NCBI GenBank assembly: GCA_964016885.1
Contig: OZ024765.1
Coordinates: 20,026,001 to 20,090,000 of the forward strand
Origin: Eledone cirrhosa
Lineage: Eukaryota
Direction of reading: 5' to 3'
DNA length: 64,000 nt
Position numbers and translations under genes: made by a program. Under the pieces are notes generated by a model. It saw only the letters and a list, made by a program, of their open reading frames with translations. It had not been told where the DNA came from and did not search any database. Below are positions 1 to 10,774 of this stretch, piece after piece (position 1 is the first letter of the stretch; each line of letters starts with the position of its first letter).

Positions 1-567
1 CCTTTCATTACCATATTTCTAATGAAAGACACTGTCTATGTCATTAACCATTTCATTACCATATTTCTAATGAAAGACACTGTCTATGTCATTAACCATT
101 TCACTACCATATTTCTAATGAAAGACACTGTCTATGTCATTAACCCTTTCACTACCATATTTCTAATGAAAGACACTGTCTATGTCATTAACCCTTTCAT
201 TACCATATTTCTAATGAAAGACACTGTCTATGTCATTAACCCTTTCATTACCATATTTCTAATGAAAGACACTGTCTATGTCATTAACCTTTTCATTGCC
301 ATATTTCTAATGAAAGACACTGTCTATGTCATTAACCCTTTCATTACCATATTTCTAATGAAAGACACTGTCTATGTCTTTAACCCTTTCATTACCATAT
401 TTCTAATGAAAGACACTGTCTATGTCATTAACCTTTTCATTGCCATATTTCTAATGAAAGACACTGTCTATGTCATTAACCCTTTCATTACCATATTTCT
501 AATGAAAGACACTGTCGATGTAATTAACCCTTTCATTACCATATTTCTTATGAAAGACACTGTCTAC
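1..567 (+). repeat. 48-bp minisatellite (~12 copies, runs off window start); unit begins with a TTAACCCTTT MITE-like terminus
   Basis: Unit TTAACCCTTTCATTACCATATTTCTAATGAAAGACACTGTCTATGTCA is repeated directly. ORF 22..591 is the 16-aa translation of this unit. Confidence 0.95.
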
Positions 568-607
568 AATAGTATATATAGAGTTATGTAAATGCTAAAG
601 GATTAAG

Positions 608-1180
608 GTTGTTTTGGAACATAACATAACAAAGGTTCTTACATGAAATTATGTTGGAAAGGTTTTAGATAAACATGGACATTTAAAAATAAAAAGTTTT
701 GTGTCAGAACCAGAGACTGTTTAAGTTAAGGTGGTTTGGAACATAACTTCACAAAGGTTCTTACATAAAATTACGATGGAAGGTTTTTAGATAAACATTT
801 CCACTTTAAAATAAACAGTTTTGTATCATAGAACTAGAGGTGTTTGGAACATAACTTAAAGGTTCTTACATAAAATTATGTTGGAAAGATTTTAGACAAA
901 TATAGACATTTGAAAATGAAGAATTTTGTATCAGAATCAGACACTGTTTAAGATGGTTTGGAACATAACTTAACAAAGGTTCTTACATAAAATAGTGTTG
1001 GAAAGATTTTAGATAAACACAGACATTTAAAAATAGAGTATTTTGTGTCAGAATCAGACGCTGTTTAAGGTGGTTTGGAACATAACTTAACAAAGGTTCG
1101 GCAGGCTTTAGATTAATATATACACTTTAACATAAACAGTTGTGTATTGTATAAACAGGGTTGGTATGGTGAAGGTTTAT
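608..1180 (+). repeat. Diverged ~110-120 bp tandem repeat (4-5 copies), probably the internal part of the same MITE
   Basis: TTTGGAACATAAC...AAAGGTTC recurs near 613, 735, 843, 957 and 1075. Confidence 0.75.
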
Positions 1181-1605
1181 GAAGCTAAAGTTGGAGCAGA
1201 ATTCATGGACATTATATAAACAAAAATCTTGGAGAAGAAGTATGGTTTCTCGGTAAGTCTGATTTGGTTTGTAAACATTTGAACATGTGAAAAGCTATGA
1301 CATTTTGATCTTAAACTAAGATAAGAATCTTATGTAAACCTTGTGATGGAGAGGCTGGAATATATTAGAACACAGAGTGTGTATATATGTATATAGGCAT
1401 GTGTATGTGTTTGAGTATATATATATATAGAGAGAGAGAGAGATAGATAAATATACACGGGTGTGTATGATTGTGTATAGAAGATTATATTAATAAGAGG
1501 AATTCCAACTTTGTCTGATTTACTCGTTTTATTTACAATCCTTTAAAATTTATAATGGTATTATAATGAAATAGTATGATAGAATATTAAATGTTAAGTA
1601 TTAAT

Positions 1606-1644
1606 TGAACAAGTACTTTCATGCTTTCGCAATCTTCAGGTTCA
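1606..1644 (-). ncRNA. Minimal type I hammerhead ribozyme motif
   Basis: Minus strand reads TGAAC-CTGAAGA-T-TGC gaaa GCA-T-GAAA-gtac-TT-GTTCA: 5-bp stem I, CUGANGA core, GNRA-capped stem II, palindromic AAGTACTT stem III region. Confidence 0.7.
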
Positions 1645-1714
1645 TAATGTGTGGTGACAGTCAAGTTTGCAATTTTCAACTGTGAAAATATACTCATATA
1701 TATGTGAGTTTGTG

Positions 1715-1781
<67 letters not shown>

Positions 1782-1784
1782 GAT

Positions 1785-2110
1785 GGAGGCAAATGGCTTA
1801 GTGGTTAGAGCATTAGCCTTGCTATCGAAAGGTTGTGAGTTCAATTCTCAGACCGGGTGATGTGTTGTTTCCTTGAGCAAGACACTTTATTTCACATTGC
1901 TCCAGTTTACTCAGCTGTAGAAACGAGATGATAGGGACTGCAAAGTGGTCGTGGAGGTGCCACGGCAAAAAAGCACCCAGCACTCACTGTAAACGAGGTT
2001 GGTGTTAGGAAGGGCATCCAGCTGTAGAAATCAAGCCAGAATCAGTTCCCGTCCCACCCTTGCAAGCAGGGAAAAGCGGACGTAAAAATGATGATGATGA
2101 TGATGATGAT
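1785..2110 (+). mobile_element. tRNA-derived CORE-type SINE (family 1) with RTE-derived 3' tail and (GAT)n end
   Basis: A box TGGCTTAGTGG, B box GAGTTCAATTC, CORE-like CCTTGAGCAAGACACTT. Tail CCCGTCCCACCCTTGCAAGCAGGGAA matches the RTE end at 55785-55827. Flanked by (TA)n. Confidence 0.9.
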
Positions 2111-2134
2111 ATATATATATATATATATATATAT

Positions 2135-3681
2135 CTTGTGAGGGCTATACAAGCCATGTATAAAGAAACAGTCAGCAAGGTTAGAATTAACAACGAATAT
2201 AGTGAAGAGTTTAGCGTAAAAGTTGGCGTCCATCAGGGCTCTGTTCTCAGCCCACTACTATTTATTATTGCCCTTCAGGCTATAACAGAGGAGTTCAAGA
2301 CAGGCTGCCCATGGGAACTCCTATACGCAGACGACCTGACACTCATAGCGGAATCAATGGCCGAGCTAGAGAAGAAATTCCAAACATGGAAGCACGGCCT
2401 AGAGTCAAAAGGACTTAAAATTAACCTGGCTAAGACCAAAGTACTAGTTTGTAGGAAAGAAAACAAGGCAGCGGTCCCTTCTGGGAAATGGTCGTGCTCG
2501 GTGTGTAGGAAAGGCGTAGGTAGAAACTCCATTTTATGTCCTAAATGCAAAGTATGGGTGCATAAAAGATGTAGTGGGATCACAGGTAAGCTAACTAAGA
2601 ACATAGATTTTACATGTGGCCGGTGCTCTGGTGCAATAAGTAGCAGCAAGTGCCCACAAAATACTAGCTCTTTCAATTGCGCAGAGGGTTCCATAGAAAT
2701 AGTGGACAGCTTCCGTTACCTGGGCGATAAAATCAGCAGTGGGGGAGGGTGCTCTGAAAGTACTGTAGCTAGAGTCAGAACTGGTTGGAAAAAGTTCAGA
2801 GAGCTTATACCACTATTAGCTGCTAAAGGGTTCTCACTAAAAATGAAAGGCAGGTTGTACGATGCCTGCATACGAACAACAATGCTGCATGGCAGTGAGA
2901 CCTGGGCATTGTGTGCAGAGGATATACGCAGACTAGAGAGGAACGAAGCTTGCATGCTCCGCTGGATGTGTAACAGTAATATACGTGAACGGCAAAGCAT
3001 AAACGAACTAAGGAAAAAATTAGAGATAAGAGGGATCAGATGTTGTTTACTCGAGAGAAGGCTACGTTGGTATGGACACGTGATGCGCATGAAAGTCGAT
3101 AGCTGTATAACAAAGTGCAGGGCAATAAAGATAGACGGTAGTCACGGAATAGGCAGACCTAGAAAAACCTGGGACGAGCTGATAAACTCCGACATCACAC
3201 ACTTACACCTCTCCAAGACAATGTCACTGGACCGAGACCTTTGGCGGTACTCAGTAACAGAGAAGACCCGCCTTACCTAAATATATAGTAAAACCTACTC
3301 CAGCCAGTAGGCATCTCTAACAAAATACACCCCGTCCCACCACCACCACCCCCACCCCATCCACACCACCCCGTTCTATGTAAAGTTATGTTGGTGCCGC
3401 GCCATCGAGGCCGAAACAAATGAGATCGTGTAGGTGTCACGACAAAAAAACACACAGTCCACGCTGTAATGTGGCCGTGTAGGCAACACGGTAAAAACCT
3501 CCCAGACCCACACTGTAAATGTGGTTGGTGTTAGGAAGGGCATCCAACTGTAGAAAACCTGCCAGACAGTCCTATGCGAGCAAGACAATCACTCTTGCCT
3601 CAAGTGGGACTACCCCCGTCCAAACCCATGCAAGCGTGGAACACGGACGTTAAACGTTGATGATGATGATGATGATGATGA
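2135..3681 (+). mobile_element. 5'-truncated RTE-clade LINE (family A): RT C-terminal part (frame open to 3280), ~400-bp 3' UTR and (GAT)n tail
   Basis: Motifs GVHQGSVLSPLLF, LLYADDL, VDSFRYLG, LHGSETW, RRLRWYGHVMRM, GRPRKTW. Starts abruptly after a (TA)n run; the N-terminal ~25 aa of the ORF call come from the SINE tail and microsatellite. Confidence 0.95.
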
Positions 3682-3687
3682 TATATA

Positions 3688-4066
3688 TTAGAAAGTGAGG
3701 TTTTTTTTACAAAATGAAAAATAACCGAGGTGTCCTACACGAGTGAAAGTATAAAGAAAAAGAGATGAAATCGAAAATGCAACTAGAGTCTTATTTTTAA
3801 AAAAAAATTTTTTTTTTTAAATATATAAATTTATTTGGTTCCTTTACTGGTTTCGCAGTTCTTCTGCTGTTCAAAAGGTGAGTTGAGATGGAGGGTCTGT
3901 GGTTTTTCTCACATCAGATGTGAGAAAAACCACAGACCCTCCATCTCAACTCACCTTTTGAAAAGCAGAAGAACTGCGAAACCGGTAAAGGAACCAAATA
4001 AATATATATATTTTTAAAAAAAATAAGACTCCAGTTGCATTTTCGATTTCATCTCTTTTTCTTTAT
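3688..4066. mobile_element. TA-flanked fold-back element (family F1), palindrome centred at 3916, HHR motif on each arm
   Basis: Arms ~3750-3915 and 3917-4066 are reverse complements (centre TCTCACATC-A-GATGTGAGA). A second copy lies at 57705-58066. Confidence 0.9.
3954..3991 (+). ncRNA. Minimal type I hammerhead motif with U3-A8 core variant
   Basis: CCTT-TTGAAAA-GCAG aagaa CTGC-GAAA-ccgg-TA-AAGG, followed by AATAAA. Palindromic ACCGGT in stem III and GUA cleavage triplet. Confidence 0.7.
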
Positions 4067-4099
4067 ATATATGTATATATATCTATATATATATTTGTG

Positions 4100-4325
4100 T
4101 AAAAAAAGAACGATCAAGTTTCGTCAAATTGGACCGAGGAAACAATGTTTCCGTTGGTCTTTCCAGTTGCTAATACTATCTATTGGTAGCAACTCCAGGT
4201 AGAAGGAGCAACGTGAAATAAAGTGTCTTGCTCAAGGACATAATGCATCGCCCGGGCCGAGAATCGAACTCACAACCTCAAGATTGTGAACACAATTCTC
4301 TAACCACTCAGCCACACGCCTTCAC
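4100..4325 (-). mobile_element. tRNA-headed CORE-type SINE with a different 3' body
   Basis: Minus strand has A box TGGCTGAGTGG, B box GAGTTCGATTC and TGTCCTTGAGCAAGACACTT. Confidence 0.75.
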
Positions 4326-4656
4326 ATATTTGTGTGTGTGTGTGTGTGTGTGAATATATATATATATATATGTGTATGCATATATATATATATATATATA
4401 TATATTTGTATTGTGACGTTAACCATTCACTGTCAAAAGAGCAAGAGCTCAGCCACTGGGCACTAATTGTTTACAACAGCTGCACTCTACTTTGCAAAGT
4501 ATTCAGTACTTAGCTGTACAATCTTCTTACTAAACTGGTAACGCCCCATACTGGTTATTATGTATCTTCCATTTGTTAAAAGATTATATCCATTGTACCA
4601 AAGTGGTTTTTCAACCCTTGTCATTCAAGACACACTTCTTTGTGTGTTTATTTATA

Positions 4657-4813
4657 TCATCATCATCATCATCATCATCACCGTTTTACGTCCGTTCTTC
4701 CACGCTAGCATGGGTTAGATGGGTTGTCCTGTTGTGGGCAGTGTCTGGTCGGCTGACCATGCCTTGCTCATACAGGAACTGATCTGGCTTGATTTCTACA
4801 GCTGGATGCCCTT
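4657..4813 (-). mobile_element. 3' fragment of SINE/RTE-tail family ending in (GAT)n
   Basis: Same sequence at 6968-7228, 30540-30760 and 61374-61625. Contains AGGGCATCCAGCTGTAGAAA on the minus strand. Confidence 0.8.
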
Positions 4814-5289
4814 ATATATATATAAATGAAAGGGTTACAAAGGAGAATACATACTGTTAGAACATGTTTATACAAAATCACCTACGTATATGCAACTAAC
4901 TATATGTATCGCTTATCCCTTTAAACCTCTACTCTCTCACGATACTAAAATATTCTATATATATATATAAAAATACGGATGAAACCATGGTAGAGATATA
5001 ATTACGGTATGTACACATTTCTTCTAAGTTTAATTTTACACCTAATTGTGTATGGTTGATGGTATATTTAGTCAGTTTCTACATGCTGTCGAAATGTTGG
5101 ATAAATACTCTATTGGGGCCACCGCGAAGAGGCCACTTTCGGTTATTTGTCGGAGATTTCTTCATAAGAGCCTTTCTTCTTATAGCTTGGTCTAATTGAT
5201 TTTTTATATGGTTAATTATGCTAATTGGGAGAGGAAATGGTATATATTTTATCTGGTGATTCTATAGACATGCTTTATGATATATATAA

Positions 5290-5680
5290 TTGAAGCTCCG
5301 ACGCCTGGCAACTGACTTGGTAAACACCCACAAAATTGTTAACCATGTTGCCAACAACAACCCTGAGTACCTTTTCGATTTACATGTGTCTAACACACGT
5401 GGACATGCCCACAAAGTATGAAAACAGCACAGTTCCCATGACTTTCGGAAACATTTTTTCACGCTCAGAGTTGCTGAAGCATGGAACAAACTACCTGCAT
5501 CAGTTGTTAGCTGTCGAGACACTGCATCCTTTAAGGCCTCCATGCTTCCCGAGATCCGCCAACAGAACAGCTAACACATACACGCATGTACTTCCCTGAC
5601 ATTTGTGTATTATTCTATGTACTATATTGACGAGTTGTAGTGCACCTGAGCACTTTACACAATAATTTCATTATTATTAT
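5290..5680 (+). mobile_element. CR1-clade LINE 3' fragment (decayed) with (TTA)n tail
   Basis: Frame reads LKLRRLATDL...NTRGHAHKV*KQHSSHDFRKHFFTLRVAEAWNKLPASVV, matching the CR1 C-terminal motif TRGH..K...R..FF..RV...WN.LP. Confidence 0.85.
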
Positions 5681-5802
5681 TTTATATTTTATATATCCAG
5701 GGGGTGTAACTAGGAGTTACTGCAGGTTCACCCAGGAGAGCACTCGATGTTTAGGTTCACTTCTGTGATGAGGTGTAGAGCTATACAGAGTGTAATATAT
5801 AG

Positions 5803-5932
5803 AAAGGATAAAAAGGATGATTGAGTCGGGTAGGATCGATATAGATCAAACCTTGAGCTGATCAGTGGCGAAACGCGCGTCACCTATCAATAAATGCAAT
5901 GAAGGAATAATCAATCGTCCTTTTTATCCTTT
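5803..5932 (+). mobile_element. Small TA-flanked element with 22-bp terminal inverted repeats enclosing the 3' half of an HHR
   Basis: AAAGGATAAAAAGGATGATTGA ... TCAATCGTCCTTTTTATCCTTT. Internal GGC-GAAAC-GCGC-GTC-ACCT..AATAAA. Homologous to 32099-32208. Confidence 0.8.
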
Positions 5933-5960
5933 ATATATATATATATATATATATACATGG

Positions 5961-6502
5961 AAAGTTATATTTAAAATTGTTGGGTTACAACTAGTAAATA
6001 TTTATAACTGATATAAAAGCACTCGACAAATATTTGGAGTATATTTACAATATTAAATAAATGGAAACTATATTTATAAAACCATAATTATTTCATTATA
6101 TATATTTCGGGGATATCATATTAATAATATGCTATGCCTTCCTCAGACAAAATACAATATAAACAGTTTTATAGATAAATAGATTCGACATACCGTAACA
6201 ACACCGACTTGCATTTGAAGAGGTTCACTGCCAGTTCAACCTCTTCAAATGCAAGTCGGTGTTGTTACGGTATGTCGAATCTATTTATCTATAAAACTGT
6301 TTATATTGTATTTTGTCTGAGGAAGGCATAGCATATTGTTAATATGATATCCCCGAAATATATATAATGAAATAAATATGGTTTTATAAATATAGTTTCC
6401 ATTTATTAATATCGTATATCTACTCCAAATACTTGTCGAGTGCTTTATATCAGTTATAAAAATATTTACTTGTTGTATCCCAACAATTTTAAATAGAACT
6501 TT

Positions 6503-6504
<2 letters not shown>
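5961..6504. mobile_element. TA-flanked fold-back element (family F2) with HHR-like motif on each arm
   Basis: ~265-bp arms in inverted orientation around CACTGCCAGTTC (~6226-6237). Right arm has TTGT-CTGAGGA-AGG...CCC-GAAA-tata-TA then AATAAA (6313-6376). Homolog at 53339-53801. Confidence 0.9.
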
Positions 6505-6553
<49 letters not shown>

Positions 6554-6556
<3 letters not shown>

Positions 6557-6965
6557 AACCGCCTTCCCTACATGCAAAGTGAACCTGTAGTCGGTAGGCC
6601 CCTCCAAACCAAACACACACAAACTACCCCTACTTCATCCTTCCACTCCCGCCAACACCACCCCTTTCAATGTAAAGTTATGTTGGTACCACAACATTCA
6701 GTCCAAACAGATGAGGTCGTGTAGGTGTCACGACAAAAAAAAACACACAGTCCACGCTGTAATGTGGCCGTGTAGGTAACACGGTAAAAACCTCCCAGTT
6801 CTACACTGTAAGCGTGGTCGGTGTTAGGAAGGGCATCCAGCCGTAGAAAACCAGCCAGATAGTCCTATACGAGCGAGACATCGTCACCCAACCAATCTTG
6901 CTTCAAGTGGGACAACTCCCGTCTAAACCCATGCTAGCATGGAAGATAGACGTTAAACGATGATA
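6554..6965 (+). mobile_element. Diverged copy of RTE family A 3' UTR and tail
   Basis: Colinear with 3265-3665 (GTAAAGTTATGTTGGT...GTAGGTGTCACGAC...GGAAGGGCATCC...ACGTTAAACGATGAT). Confidence 0.8.
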
Positions 6966-7240
6966 TATCATCATCATCACCGTTTTACGTCCGTTCTTCC
7001 ATGCTAGCATGGGTTAGACGGGTTGTCCTGTTGTGGGCAGTGTCCGGTCGGCTGACCTTGTCTTGCTCATACGGAAACTGATTCTGGCTTGATTTCTACA
7101 GCTGGATGCCCTTCCTAACACCAACCTCATCTACAGTGAGTGCTGGGTGCTTTTTTTCCGTGGTGCCTACACGTCCACTTTACAGTGTGGGCTGGGTGCT
7201 TTTTTACCGTGGCACCTCCACGACCACATATATATATATA

Positions 7241-7602
7241 TTATGGATGTGCAATGTCAATGTGCATGAACGACCAAGCATAGATGAGTTGAGAGAGAAA
7301 CTGTGTATCAGAGGGATAGGCTGTAGTGTGCGGGAGAGAAGACTGCGTTGGTATGGACATGTGATGTGCATGGAGGATGACCGCTGGGTAAAGAAGTGCC
7401 ACGAAATCCCAGTAGAAGGAAGACACAGTCAAGGAAGACCATGGAAAACATGAGCGGAGGTGGTCAGCGCAGACCTCAGATCGCTGAAACTCACGGAGGA
7501 GATGACGAAGGACCGTGACAAGTGGAGAGATGCTGTGCTGAATAGGACCCATCCCACCCTTGCAAGCAGGGAAAAGCCTACGTAAAATGATGTTGATGAT
7601 GA
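7241..7602 (+). mobile_element. RTE family B 3' fragment (decayed)
   Basis: WMCNVNVHERPSIDELREKLCIRGIGCSVRERRLRWYGHVM is close to the 55758-57271 ORF. In-frame stop at 7451 and (GAT)n tail. Confidence 0.9.
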
Positions 7603-8254
7603 TAATTGTTTCTACTTTAGGCACAAGGCCATCAATTACCCAGTACATTACTGGTACTTTATTTTATCGACCCCGTAAGGATGAAAGGCAAAGTTAATGT
7701 TGATGATGATGATGATGATGATATAAAATCAGGTAGTAACATGTGCTTACGCCGTATTTGACTAAATAGAATTAGTCTGTTAGTTGGGATTTTAAAAAAC
7801 CCTCTGAATGGAAAAAGAGATGTGTATTGACGTACATGGGATACAAACCCACATCTTTGGTTTGCCGGACCCATGTGGTTACCATGACACTAAACACCAC
7901 CCACACTTCCTTCCATTCAATGAGAAGCTATATAACTATAGCAGGTATGTATATCGATTAACGTCCATCTTCCACACCAGCATGGGTTAGACGGGTCCCA
8001 TTTAGAGACAAGTTGTACTGGGTGACCATGTCTTGTTCATATAGGGGTGATTCTGGCTGGTTTTCTACAGCTGGATGCCCTTCCTAACACCAACCCCATT
8101 GACAGTGTGGGCTGGGTGCCTTCTGGCTGTGTCTTTTACACGTCCACTTTACAGTGTGGGCAGGGTTATTTCTACAGTACATCTTATTGTCAACAGAGGT
8201 AGCAACTCCCTAAACCTTCACCATTCTATCCCTAATCTAGCTACTTCTATCGTA

Positions 8255-9490
8255 CCCTTTATTGTCAACAGTGAGAGCAGCTCCCTAAACTTCTTCCCCT
8301 ATTGTGTCCTTATTTTAGCTACTTCTATGGTACCCTTTATTGTCAACAGTGGGAGCAGCTCCCTAAACTTCTTCCCCCATTGTGTCCTTATTTTAGCTAC
8401 TTCTATGGTACCCTTTATTGTCAACAGTGGGAGCAGCTCGCTAAACTTCTTCCCCTATTGTGTCCTTATTTTAGCTACTTCTATGGTACCCTTTATTGTC
8501 AACAGTGGGAGCAGCTCCCTAAACTTCTTCCCCCATTGTGTCCTTATTTTAGCTACTTCTATGGTACCCTTTATTGTCAACAGTGGGAGCAGCTCCCTAA
8601 ACTTCTTCCCCTATTGTGTCCTTATTTTAGCTACTTCTATGGTACCCTTTATTGTCAACAGTGAGAGCAGCTCCCTAAACTTCTTCCCCCATTGTGTCCT
8701 TATTTTAGCTACTTCTATGGTACCCTTTATTGTCAACAGTGGGAGCAGCTCCCTATACTTCTTCCCCCATTGTGTCCTTATTTTAGCTACTTCTATGGTA
8801 CCCTTTATTGTCAACAGTGGGAGCAGCTCCCTAAACTTCTTCCCCTATTGTGTCATTTTAGCTACTTCTATGGTACCCTTTATTGTCAACAGTGGGAGCA
8901 GCTCCCTAAACTTCTTCCCCCATTGTGTCCTTATTTTAGCTACTTCTATGGTACCCTTTATTGTCAACAGTGGGAGCAGCTCCCTAAACTTCTTCCCCCA
9001 TTGTGTCCTTATTTTAGCTACTTCTATGGTACCCTTTATTGTCAACAGTGGGAGCAGCTCCCTAAACTTCTTCCCCTATTGTGTCCTTATTTTAGCTACT
9101 TCTATGGTACCCTTTATTGTCAACAGTGGGAGCAGCTCCCTAAACTTCTTCCCCTATTGTGTCCTTATTTTAGCTACTTCTATGGTACCCTTTATTGTCA
9201 ACAGTGGGAGCAGCTCCCTAAACTTCTTCCCCTATTGTGTCCTTATTTTAGCTACTTCTATGGTACCCTTTATTGTCAACAGTGGGAGCAGCTCCCTATA
9301 CTTCTTCCCCCATTGTGTCCTTATTTTAGCTACTTCTATGGTACCCTTTATTGTCAACAGTGGGAGCAGCTCCCTAAACTTCTTCCCCCATTGTGTCCTT
9401 ATTTTAGCTACTTCTATGGTACCCTTTATTGTCAACAGTGGGAGCAGCTCCCTAAACTTCTTCCCCATCCTGTCCTTATTTTAGCTACAA
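8255..9490 (-). repeat. 78-bp minisatellite (~16 copies) derived from RTE RT-coding sequence
   Basis: Minus translation AKIRTQWGKKFRELLPLLTIKG versus RTE SRIRTGWKKFRELLPLLTKKG. Adjacent 9490-9563 encodes EVVDSFYYLGDLISSRGG. Confidence 0.92.
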
Positions 9491-9639
9491 TGCTCTCAGT
9501 ACACCCCCTCTACTACTAATTAGGTCACCGAGGTAATAGAAGCTATCAACTACTTCTCTAGAGACATCCTGGGACTGGGGAAAAAGGGTTTATCTAACTA
9601 AAGCTCTTATTACTAACTATCTCTGTACATATAGTTACT

Positions 9640-10616
9640 ACCACCACTACTACACCACCACCACACATCACTACCACCACTACTACCACCACCACCACAA
9701 CTACACAAACACCACCACTACTACTACCACTACACCAGCACCACCACCACCGCACCTACCACCACTACACACACCATCACTACCACCACCACAACTACAC
9801 AAACACCACCACTACTACTACCACTACACCACCACCACTACTACACCATCACTACCACCACCACAACTACACAAACACCACCACTACTACTACCACTACA
9901 CCACCACCACTACTACACCATCACTACCACCACCACAACTACACAAACACCACCACTACTACTACCACTACACCACCACCACTACTACACCATCACTACC
10001 ACCACCACAACTACACAAACACCACCACTACTACTACCACTACACCACCACCACTACTACACCATCACTACCACCACCACAACTACACAAACACCACCAC
10101 TACTACTACCACTACACCACCACCACACATCACTACCACCACTACTACCACTACTACTACCACTACACCACCACCACTACTACACCATCACTACCACCAC
10201 CACAACTACACAAACACCACCACTACTACTACCACTACACCACCACCACTACTACACCATCACTACCACCACCACAACTACACAAACACCACCACTACTA
10301 CTACCACTACACCACCACCACTACTACACCATCACTACCACCACCACAACTACACAAACACCACCACTACTACTACCACTACACCACCACCACTACTACA
10401 CCACCACCACACATCACTACCACCACTACTACCACTACTACTACCACCACCACACACCATCACTACCACCACCACCACAACTACACAAACACCACCACTA
10501 CTACTACTACCACCACTACTACACCACCACCACCACTACACACACACCACCACCACCACTACACACACCACCACCACCACCACTACACCCCACCACTACT
10601 ACCACCACCACCACAC
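9640..10616. repeat. (CCA/CTA)-rich cryptic microsatellite with a ~72-bp higher-order unit
   Basis: CTACACCATCACTACCACCACCACAACTACACAAACACC recurs at 72-bp spacing (e.g. 9841, 9913). Confidence 0.85.
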
Positions 10617-10774
10617 CTGATTCTTAACACTTACCTGTCTTTGTATCAATAATTACTCTCGTTACCTCCATTGTGTCTACACCTTTAACGAGCTAGCTAG
10701 TTTCATTACCTTAATTAGCAATAGCTGCTGCTGCTGTCTTCAGAATTATCATCCACATGTATTGATTTCTGGCA

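Noticed and set aside
1785-1860. Functional tRNA gene
   Set aside because: A/B boxes run on into a SINE body and tail with several dispersed copies, and no convincing acceptor stem is present.
10690-10748. Minus-strand CTGAAGA...GAAA-CTAGCTAG hammerhead
   Set aside because: Stem II does not close next to GAAA and stem I is absent.
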